In this document: positions 51,201 through 63,200 of the stretch, piece by piece
Layout of the letters: every line of letters begins with the position of its first letter
Numbering within the stretch: position 1 is the stretch's first letter
Source of the DNA: Candidatus Oxydemutatoraceae bacterium
GTDB taxonomy: Bacteria > Pseudomonadota > Gammaproteobacteria > Poriferisulfidales > Oxydemutatoraceae
Direction of reading: 5' to 3'
NCBI GenBank assembly: GCA_965219575.1
Contig: OZ244779.1
Span: forward strand, 1,004,769 to 1,068,768
DNA: 64,000 bases
Program-made: the position numbers and the translations under genes
The notes under the pieces: generated by a model
What the model saw: the letters and a program-made list of their open reading frames with translations, nothing else
What the model was told of the DNA's origin: nothing
The model's database searches: none

Positions 51201-54200
51201 GTTTGGTCGGCAACAACGATGGAAAGATAAGAAACAGCTATGCTGCAGGTAATGTCGGCGGTGCTTGTGATGTCGGTGGCTTGGTTGCCGAAAACGGTAG
51301 CGAAGGTGAAATCGTCAATAGCTATGCCTCAGGTGCGGTAAACAGGTCGGGAAGCTGTGGCGATGACGGCACCCGCAACCGTGCCGGCGGTTTAGTTGCC
51401 GATAATGCAGGATTGATAAGGAATAGCTATGTGCGTGGGCCTATCTCGGCCGGTGGTGGCACGGCAGGTGGTTTGTTTGCTGTGGGGGCAACCGGCACGG
51501 TTGAGTTCAGCTATTGGGATAGTACGGTGAATAGTGATATTACCGCCGACTCTACGGCTCAGACGACCGCTGATTTGCTAAGTCTGCCGTCTGAAACGGG
51601 TATCTATACTAACTGGAATAGTGCCGACTGGGATTTCGGCACCGCAATGCAATATCCGCTGTTAAGATATACTTCGCCGACCGACATTGCTATCGCAGCG
51701 GTATGCGATGACGACCTCAACACGGCACTACCGCCTTGCGGTAGTATATTGTTGGCTCAAGGAGAGAAAGGATTGAGCAATCTATTATTCTTTACCGGCG
51801 ATGATGCCGTGGCACTCAATCGGCCTTTTTCTCTTTCGCTCCTTTCGGGCTACACGGTTAATGTAGAGGATCAAACCACAATAGAGTTATTGCCGTACGG
51901 GATCAATCCACGAGGCGAGTCTATTACAATCACCCAAAATACAACGAACACCGACTATTTTGTGGGCAAGCTTAGTGGTGAGCAGAGTATGCCGATTCCT
52001 ATTTCAAAGGGAGAGTCGGTTCTGACAATCTCCGTCGGGAATGATCCCACCGATACCAACCCGGTCACTTATAGTGTCACCGTAAATAATATGGTAAGCC
52101 CGGTACAAGTAACAGATGTAACCGGTCCCGATACGGCGGTTGAAGGTGACCCCATTAGTCTGAGTCAAACAGCTACGGGTGGCATCGGCGTAAATTATAC
52201 CTATCGATGGACTTCGGAGCCGGCAGATTTTCTAGACGGGCAAACCGTTACTAATGCGACTTTAAGTTTTAATGTACCCACCGATTTTGTGTTGGGTGAA
52301 AATACAAGTCGCAGCGTAGTCATTAAATCAATCGTCGGCGACAGTTTTTCGGAAAGTAGTGCGATTAAGACCGTGAACATCGTGAAAGACGACAATGGTA
52401 ATCCGGACTTTAGAACCGAAGTGACCGTATCGACGATAAGCATAGAGGCTGTGCCGGGAAGCGATCCCGACGGCGACGGTATGATTACCGGTGCGAGTTG
52501 GGAGCGGCGCACCGTGGATGATGTCGAATGGATGCCGATTCCCGGCCAGACATCGGCGATGTATAGCATCCCGACCGAAGACAGGGGTGACACCCGCTAT
52601 CGAGCGCAGGTGGTCTATATCGATGCCCAGGGTTATAGTCATACGAGTAGTGTCTTAGGTCCCTATAGGGCCGATATAGACGACGACGACGACGGTTTGA
52701 TAGATATCTATTACTTGGAAGATTTGGATACGGTGCGCTATCAAACCGACGGTAGCGGTTATAGAGCGAGCAATGAAGCGACTAGAAGTAGCCGAGGTTG
52801 TATGCCGGTCGACACTACGGAGACCTGTTCGGGTTATGAACTGCGTAGAGACTTGGATTTCATGACTACCCGAAGCTATTTAGTTGCGACGATGAATAGA
52901 ACGATATGGACGGTTAATAACTTTGGTACCGATGCCGATACCGGCTGGCAACCTATCGGGTCTATTGACGGCAATAGCTGTAGCAATACGAGTAGTGATT
53001 GTTTTACCGGTGTTTTCGAAGGTAACGGCTATAGCATTTCCAATCTGCGGATTAATAGAGACAGCACGACCGGTTCCTTGAGCGATAATATAGGTTTGTT
53101 TGTTGGAAATACCGGTACTATTCGCAATTTAGGGTTATCGGGAATAAAAGTACACGGTCATCGAAGGGTTAGTGGTTTGGTCGGTCTCAATGCGGGTAAT
53201 CTAATAAATGTTTATGTGGACGAAGGTGAGGTCGAAGGAAGAAATAACGGCGTGGGGCTTTTAGCCGGCAGAAGTGAGGGATTAATCATCAATAGTTATG
53301 TGCGTGGTACTGTTTTCTCGGCAGGTCGTTTTGCAGGAGGCATCTGTGGCGCAACACTCGGTAGTGGAATTTCCAATAGCTATGCAATCGTCGATGTTAC
53401 GGCAATGGGGAACATAGGCGGATTAGCAGGCGACACGCTAGGACCTATTCGCAATAGTTATGCGATGGGTTCTGTGCGTTTAACTGCAAATGCGAACAGT
53501 GGCCTAGTCGTAGGTGGTCTTGTAGGTGTAATGGCTGTCTTTAACGAGCCAAGTATTACCAACAGCTATTCGACCGTTGCGGTGACAGCTGATAATCCAA
53601 CCGGCAATATAATTAGCGGTTTAATCGGGGACAGGACAGAAGCTGTAGACGCATCGGCGATAAGCGACAGCTACTGGGATAGCAACACGAGTATGCAGAC
53701 GACCTCTATGGGAGGTGGCACCTCTAAAACAACCGTTGAATTGCAAATGCCGACTAATCGAACTGCTGAAATAGGTATCTATGCCAACTGGAATAGTGCC
53801 GATTGGGATTTCGGCACCTCGCAGACTTATGCTGCATTGCGCTATGCCATCGGCGACGATAATGCCAACCCCGGCTGCGATGCCGATCCCGATACCGCCT
53901 TGCCACAGTGTGGTGATTTATTGCCGGGTCAAATTGCAACGGTACTCCCGATAGAAATAACGAATATAACGGTTCCCGAAACGGTGAATGAAGGTGATGT
54001 CATTAATTTGAGTGCGGCGGTTATGGGTGGCAACAGCGATAGTTATAGTTATAGATGGACGTCGGAACCGGCGTCTCTACTCGCCGGCGTATCGGAGACG
54101 GACATCGCCAATCCTACTCTAAGTTTCATCGTCCCCACCGATTTTGTACTCGGCGAAGCCTCAAATCGGGATGCCGTGATCGAACTGACTGTCGGCGACG

Positions 54201-57200
54201 GTTTGATAGAGAGCACTGCGACCGGAACCGTTACGGTTGAGAAGGTCGACAACGGTAATTTGAGCTTGTCGGCGACGGTGACGACATCGACGATAAGTAT
54301 CGAGATATTGGAAAATGATCCCGACGGTGCCGGTAGCGTCGCTTATACTTGGGAGCAGCGTAGTATCGCGCGCGCCGGTTGGCAACCGATTCTCAATCCC
54401 TCTAATAGCTATACGGTGCCGGCACAAGACGCAAGTAGTTTTCGCTATCGTGTGCGACTAAGCTATACCGATGCACAAGGTTATCCTTATACCAGCGGTG
54501 TGCTGGGTCCTTTTAGAGCCGAGATAGACGACGACGACGACGGTTTGATAGATATCTACTATTTGGAGGATTTGGATGCGGTGCGTTATCAACTTGACGG
54601 CACCGGCTATACCCCAAGCACCACTACGGTCAAAATCACCCGAGGTTGCCCCTTAGCCGGCGATAATACCGAAACCTGTTCGGGATACGAGTTGCGTAGA
54701 GATTTAAGTTTCACGGCGATGCAAAGCTATGTAGATGCGACGACGAATAGAGACGAATGGACGGTTGATAATCCCATGAACGACTTGGATACCGGTTGGC
54801 CCCCTATAGGAGGCTCTTTCGGTAGTACCTTCGAAGGCAACGGCTATAGCATTTCCAATTTGCAAATCAACAGAGATACGGTTGATGACTCCGATATCGG
54901 ATTGTTTGCGGTACTGTCGTCGTCGGCGAGGATAAAGAATGTCGGCCTATTGAATGTAGCCGTTGAAGGCAGAGGCTATGTCGGTGGTTTGGTTGCGCAA
55001 AACGAGGGCGAAATCGTCAATAGCTATGTGCAAGGGGAAGTCAAGGGAGCACAGCATAGCGTAGGCGGATTGGTTGCGTTTAATTCTAGTTCTACGACCG
55101 GCGTGATTGTCAACAGCTATGCAAACGCAACGGTAATGTCTACCGGTGCGCTATTGTCGGGTGGTTTGGTCGGCAACAATCACGGCACGATAAGAAACAG
55201 CTATGCGGCAGGTCATGTGAGTGGTGTTTGTGATGTAGGGGGTTTGGTTGCCGAGAACGGTAGCGGAAGTGAAATTATCAATAGCTATGTGTCGGGTGAG
55301 ATAAGCAGATCCGGAAGCTGTATCGATGACGGCAACCGGAATCGTGTCGGTGGTTTAGTAGCCGATAATGCAGGATTGATAAGGAATAGTTATGTGCGTG
55401 GTCGTGTTAGCGGTAGCGGAGCTATAGGTGGTTTGTTTGCTGTGGGGGCGACCGGCACGGTTGAGTCCAGCTATTGGGATAGCACGGTTAATAGTGGTAT
55501 TACTATCGATACCAATGCTAGGATTAGCGCCGATTTGCAAATGCCGACTATGCCGGGGACAATACCGACCGAGATTTATTACGACTGGAGTACTGCCGAT
55601 TGGGACTTCGGCGATATGACGAGTTATCCTGCGCTGCGTTATGCCGAGGTTGACGGTGTCGATTCTTGCGATAATGATGCGAATACGGCGTTGCCGCGTT
55701 GCGCTACATTGCTATCCGATCAAGCCGGTCGCAACGAAGGTTTGAGCGCACTGTTTTTCGTGATAAACGGTGCCGAGCAGGATAATGACCGAATATTTAG
55801 AAACCAGCCTTTTTCATCGTTGTTGTTCGACTACGATGTGGTAATCCCGAATACCATGAATTTTCAATTAAGACCTTATGCTATCAATAACACTACGATG
55901 ATTTCAATCGTCAAAGAAGCAGACACGAGCATAGACTATTTTGATAGCAGGCTTAGCGGTGAATCTAGTCTTGACATCCCCGTATCGGAGGGTATAAGTG
56001 AAGTCATAAGGATTACGGTCGACGGTGTTGTTTATACTTTGAATCTAAGGGTGAGCCCCGAGAATCCGGTTAGAATTACGAGCCTCGTCGCTGATCCGGT
56101 AGCCGGTAGCATTGTGGATGAAGGGCAGTCCGTCACTTTAATGTTTGCGGTTGCCGACGGTAGTAGCGATAATTATCGTTATTCGTTGCAACAGGCGGGC
56201 AGAGTGATCGCTCGGAGTACCGATACGACTACGTTTACCGCCGTCGTGCCGACGGACTTTGTGCAAGCCGACCTGACGACACAGAGCATCGTCTATACGA
56301 TAACGGTTGACGATAGTTTTAGCACTGCGTCTGCCGAACTGATGCTAATTGCTCGAAAGATCAATAACAGCATCCCGCAACTGGAATTAAATATCGGTCC
56401 GGCACTATTGAGCATAAGCACTACTGCGGATGCGGACGGTATCGGCACATTTATGTATCAATGGGAACGACGAGATCGGGTTGATAGCGGTTGGATAGAC
56501 GATTCTACCAGCGCCAGTGCTACGGTGCCGGCTAATTCCTCCAGTGAAATTCGCTATCGCGTGACGGTGCGCCATACCGACGGACAAGGAGATAGTAATA
56601 CCTATCGGATAAACCCGTTTCCCGTTATCGTTGACGGCGACAGCGACGGTTTGATAGATCTTTATTATCTGGAAGACTTGGATACGATACGCAATTCTTC
56701 GGACGGCAGCGGTTATGATATAGACACCGAACGCGACGATATCACTATAGACAAGAATACTCTGGGTTGTCCGAACGGTGGCTGCATAGGTTACGAGTTG
56801 AGCAGAAGTTTGGATTTCGACGACGATAACAGCTATAGCTCGACAGCCAACAAAATTACATGGACGACGGGAGCGGGTTGGCAACCGATAGGAAGTATTA
56901 GTAATGATGACTGTGGTGATTCGGCTAGCGATTGTTTCAATAGTATTTTTGAGGGCAACAATAATCAGCTTTCTAATTTACGGATAAACAGAGATACGGT
57001 TGACGATGCGCATATCGGATTGTTCACCGCAGTGTCGCAAGATGCGAGAATAGAGAATGTCGGGATATTGGATGTGGCTATTGAAGGCAGGGGCTATGTA
57101 GGCGGTTTGGTTGCTAGAAACGCAGGTGTTATCGTCAATAGTTATGTGCAAGGAGGAGCAGTCACCGGAACACAACATAGCCTGGGTGGCTTGGTTGCAA

Positions 57201-60200
57201 TTAACGACAGCGGTGTTTCAACACGCGCAACGATTACCAACAGCTATGCGAGTGTGATGACAATCTCTACCGTCGTGCTATCGACAGGTGCTTTGGTCGG
57301 TCGCAATCGCGGCGTGATTAGGAATAGCTATGCGTCGGGCAATGCGAGTGGTTCTTGTGATGTAGGCGGTTTGGTTGCCGAGAACGGCAATGGAAGTGAA
57401 ATCGTCAATAGCTATGCGTCGGGTACAGTAAACAGGTCGGGAAGTTGTAGCGATGCCACCCGTGATCGTGCTGCCGGTTTAGTCGCATATAACGCAGGAT
57501 CAATAGAGAATAGTTATGTGAGCGGTCGTGTTAGCGGTAGCGGTGCGGTTGGTGGTTTGGTCGGCAATGCCGAGCCGACCGGCACGGTTACGTCCAGTTA
57601 CTGGGATAGTACGGTTAATAGTGGTATTACCGCCGATGCCGATGACGGTATTGCGACCGGCACCGCTGCGTTACAAGAGCCGACTGCACCGGGGAGCATA
57701 GCAACCCAGATTTATCACAACTGGAGTACTGCCGATTGGGATTTCGGCACTTCGCGCACTTATGCCGTGTTGCGCTATGCCGGAGGCGACGACAGCGACA
57801 ACCCGGCATGCGATCTAGATCCCGATACACCACTACCACCGTGTGGTGCTTTATTGCTTGATCAGGGCGGCGCGGATAGAAAAGGACTGGGTGGTCTATT
57901 TTTCTTTGTTGACGGCGAACCTCTGGATATGTCGCTACTGAATAAGCCTTTCTCGTTCTCGGTATTCTCCGGCTATGTTATAAATTTAGAGAATAAAGCC
58001 TTAATTGAGTTATCGCCGTACGGGCTCAATGCTCGCGGTCAGTCTATTTCAATATTCAGAATGGGAGACACACCGCGCCGCGACTACTTTGACGAAAAGC
58101 ACAGTGGCGAGTTGAGCGAACCTATTCGTATTCCGAGAGGTAGGTCGGTTCTGACAATCGTCGTCGGAGATGCGCCCGGAGATCCCGATCCGGTCACCTA
58201 TAGCTTCACCGTGAACAATGAGGTAACTACGGTAGAGATAACCGATCTAACCAGCAATGCTACTATGTTGGAAGAAGGAGAAACGATCAACATAGAAGCG
58301 ACGGTGAGTGGTGGTGCCCGACTCAATTATCGCTATCAATGGACTGCCGAGCCGGCCGAGCTATTGGGCCGTGTGTCGAACGCCGACATCACGAGTCCTA
58401 CTTTGAGTTTTAGTATTCCTCCCGATTTCGTATCACTAGAGGCGACAACCCGAAGTGCCATGATTATACTGACCGTAAGAGACAACCTGTCGGAAAGTAG
58501 AGCGACCGAAACCGTGGTCATAGAGAAGGTCGACAACGGTGCTCGACTTTTTATGACGACGGTGACAACATCGGAGATAAACATTGCGACGGTAGCAGAT
58601 GATCCCGACGGCAACGGCGACGGCACGGTGGATTATTCTTGGGAACTGCGTAGCATAGACGATGACGATTGGATGTCGACTTCGATCGTGTCCAATCGCT
58701 ATACGGTGCCGGCACAAGACGCAAGTAGTTTTCGCTATCGTGTGCGAGTAAGCTATACCGATGCGCAGGGTTATGATTTTGATCGCCTGTTCGGTCCGTA
58801 CAGAGCCGATATAGACGACGATGACGACGGTTTGATAGATATCTACTATTTGGAGGATTTGGATGCGGTGCGTTATCAAACCGACGGCAGCGGTTATACC
58901 ACAAGTACTGCTACGGTCAAAATTACTCGCGGGTGTCGGCCGATCGATAATATCGAAACCTGTTCGGGTTACGAGTTGCGTAGAGACTTGGATTTTGCAA
59001 CCACCCGAAGCTATGTGAATGCGGCAAGGCACAGAGGCGAATGGACGGTCGATAACTTTGCCACCGGTAGCGACGGCTGGCAACCGATAGGGGAAATTCC
59101 TAGTGGTCTTTTTGTAGATTGTAATGCCACCGGTAGCGATTGTTTGAATAGTATTTTTGAAGGCAACGGCTATAGTATTTCCAATTTGCAGATCAATAGA
59201 GACCTTGATGGCGTAGGTCTGTTCGCCGGGAACAACGGAACCATTAGAAATCTCGGTTTATCGGAAATAAGGATAGAAGGCGGGAATCAGGTCGGTGGCA
59301 TCGTCGCTTCCAATGACGGGATATTGATGAACAGTCATGTAGATAGCTCTGTAGCCGGAGTGGACAGGTCGGTTACAGGATCACTCAGAGTGGGTCTTTT
59401 AGCCGCTGCCAATAACGGGTTAATCATCAACAGCTATGCGCGTGGTGATGTGAGAGCTAATACTTTTGTAGGTGGCATCTGTGGCTATAGCGGAGGCGAA
59501 ATTATCAATAGCTATGCCGATGCCGAGGTGGTGGCAAATAATAGCTCTGCAGGTGGTTTAGTCGGATTGATGAGCAGAATCAACGAAATTGATGCAATCA
59601 TCACCGATAGTTATGCGACGGGTTCTGTCGGTGCGCAGGATAGCCAAGGCAGCCAGGGCGGCATTGTCGGTTTCTTAGCGCAAAATACAAATATTAGAAA
59701 CAGCTATTCAACTGCCGAGGTGACAACAATGACCGCTTCTGCAGGTGGTTTGGTCGGTACATCCAATGCGAGTGTTTTCGATAGCTATTGGGATGTCGAG
59801 ACGAGTATGCAGATGCGCTCGGCAGGCGGCACTTCTAGCACGACCGCCGAATTGCAAATGCCGACTATACCGGGGACAACGGCAACCGAAGTTTATTACA
59901 ACTGGAGTCCCGATAATTGGGATTTCGGTAATACGATGAGTTATCCTGCGCTGCGTTATACCGACGGCGGTGTCGATGCCTGCGCTGCGAATCCCGAGAC
60001 GGCGTTGCCGCGTTGCGGTGCGTTGCTACCCGAACAGAACGGGCGCGACGAAGGTTTGAGCATTTTGTTTTTCGTAATAGACGATGAGGAACAGGATAAT
60101 GCCGATATATTTGTCAACCAGCCTTTTTCATCACTGTTGTTTAACTACGATGTGACGATCCCGTATACCGAGAACTTCCGATTAAGACCGTACGCTATCA

Positions 60201-63200
60201 ATAGCACTGCGGCGATTTCAATTACCCGAGCAGGGGATACGCAAGGCATCGACTATTTCAACGATGCGAGTGGTGAGTTAAGCGATAAAATCCCGCTACG
60301 AGGAAATATGACCGAAGTCCTGACGATTACGGTAGACGGTGTCGATTATACTTTGAATATAAGGGTCGGTCCCCAGGATCCGGTCGAGATTACCGATTTC
60401 AGTAGTGTGCCCGTCGCCGGAAGTACCGTCGATGAAGGGGATTCTGTCAGCTTAAACATAGAGATTGACGGGAGTAGCGGAGACTACGATTATTTGCTAC
60501 AGCCGGGAGGCATAGAGATTAGCCGAGTAGCGACTACTGCGACTTTTAGCGTCGTCATACCCGATACTTTTGTCGAAGCCGGCTCGACGACACAAAGCAT
60601 CACCTATACGATAACGGTTGACGACGGCTTCGGCACGGCTTCTGCCGAACTGATGCTGGTCGTGCGAAAAACCGACAACGGCGAACCGCAGCTGGAATTC
60701 AATGTCGGTGCTAATTCATTAGAGATAACACCTACGGTAGCCGACATCGACGGTGTCGGCACATTTAGGTATCGATGGCAAAGTCGTGCCGAGGGTGCGA
60801 ATGATTGGACCGATATTTCTGCAACTAATCGCTATACGGTGTCGGGCACTCCCGCTAGCACGGTCCGCTATCGCGTGATAGTCAACCACACCGACGGGCA
60901 ACAACATAGCAGAGAATATATCATCGGTCCGTTTCCTATCAATGTCGACGGCGACGGCGACGGTTTGATAGATGTTTATTATCTGGAGGATTTGGATGCA
61001 ATACGCAATCGCCTGGACGGTAGCGGATACAGCGTAGATCCCGGTTCCGATAGTATTAGCGTAGATAAAATCACTCTGGGCTGCCCTTCCGATACATGCG
61101 TCGGCTACGAATTGTTAAGGGACTTGAATTTCACGACCGAGCAGAGCTATGTAGATGCGACCGCGCAAGTTCAAGGTCAAACCACGCTACTAGACGAATG
61201 GACGGTGAATGATCCTACCGATGACTCGGATAGCGGCTGGTTGCCCATAGGAAGCGGCGATACTCCGTTTGCCGCCTTATTTAGGGCCGACAATCATAAG
61301 ATTTTTAATTTGCAGATAAACAGAGATACGGTTGACGATGCGCATATCGGATTGTTCGCCGCGTTGTCGCAAAATGCGAGGATAGAGAATATCGGTCTAT
61401 TGGATGTCGCTATCGAAGGCAGGGGTCATGTAGGGAGCTTGGTTGCTCAAAACGAAGGTGTCGTCGTCAATAGTTATGTGCAGGGAGGAGAAATTACCGG
61501 CACACAACATAGCCTAGGCGGGTTGGTTGCGTCCAATTCCAGTATGACCGGCGTGGTCATCAATAGCTATGCGAGTGTGACGACGACTTCTACCGAAGTG
61601 TTCTCGCCGGGCGGTTTGGTCGGCAGCAACCGAGGCGTGATTAGAAATAGCTATGCAACGGGTGATGTCAGCGGTCCTTGCGATGTCGGTGGTTTGGTTG
61701 CCGAGAGTTTTGTCGGAAGTCAAATCGTCAATAGCTATGCGTCGGGCAATGTACACAGAGCGGGTAGCTGTATGGATGACGGAACACTGGATAGTGTGGG
61801 CAGTTTGGTGGGCTATCACCGAGGATTGATAAGGAATAGTTATGGGAGCGGTCGTGTTAGCGGTAGCGGCACGAAAGGGGGTTTAGTCGGCGATGCCGAG
61901 AACAGCACGGTTACGTTCAGCTACTGGGATGTTGAGACGAGTATGCAGATGCGCTCGGCAGGTGGCACCTCTCAAACTACTGCCGAATTGCAAATGCCGA
62001 CCGCACCGGGGAGCATAGCAAACCAGGTTTATTTCAACTGGAGTACTGCCGATTGGGATTTCGGCACTTCGCTAAACTATCCGATAATTAGATACACGAC
62101 GGCAACCGATATCCTTAGCGAACCGGCGTGCGACGACAACCTCGACACGCCACTACCGCAGTGTGGTGGTGTATTGCTCGGTCAGGGAGATATCGGGTTA
62201 AGCAGTATATTATTCTTTGCCGGCGACGATACTTTGAATGAAGCGGAACTAGATCCGCCTTTCTCTCTCTCGGTATTATCCGGCTATACGGTCAACACGG
62301 TAGACGAAGTCTTGATCCGCTTATTGCCGTACGGGATCGATGTTCTCGGTGAGACGATTGCAATATTCAAAACCGGAGACACACTGAGCGTCGACTATTT
62401 CGAGGATAGGCGCAGTGGTGAGTTGAGCGCACCGATTCCCATTTCAAGAGGGCAGTCGGTTGTGACGGTTCGAGTCGGTGACGATCCCGACACGGTGGAC
62501 TATAGCTTTATCGTGAACAACGAGGTGAGCGCGGTAGAAGTAACGGATGTCGCCGGTGATTTCACTATGCGCCGAGAGGGAGAAACCGTTAGTTTGAGTG
62601 CAACGGTGCAAGGTGGTATAAGCGATAATTATAGTTATCGCTGGACCTCGGAGCCGGCTTCTCTGTTGGCCGGCTTGTCGGAAGCGGATATCACGAGTCG
62701 TACCTTAAGTTTTAGTATTCCCCTGGATTTTGTATCCCGTGATGTATTAAGTCGGGATGCCGAAATCAAACTGACCGTCGGCGACGGTTTTTCGGTAAGT
62801 AGTGCCACCGAGACCGTGACCGTAGAGAAAGTTAACGACGGTGATCCGAACTTCACGGCGACGGTGACCGCAGCGGAGATAAGCATCGCAACGGTAGGGG
62901 ATGATCCCGACGGCATCGGTGTTACTGTTTATGCTTGGGAGCAGCGCAGTATCGCGAATGTGGTTTGGGAGCCGATTCCCGGTGTCCCTAATACATCCAA
63001 TACCTATACGGTACCACCGCAAAACGCAAGTAGTTTCCGCTATCGTGTGCGACTAAGCCACACCGACGCACAAGGCAACCCTTTTAGTCAAGTGTTAGGT
63101 CCTTTTAGAGCCGAGATAGACGACGACGACGACGGTTTGATAGATATCTACTATTTGGAGGATTTGGATGCGGTGCGTTATCAAACCGACGGCAGTGCTT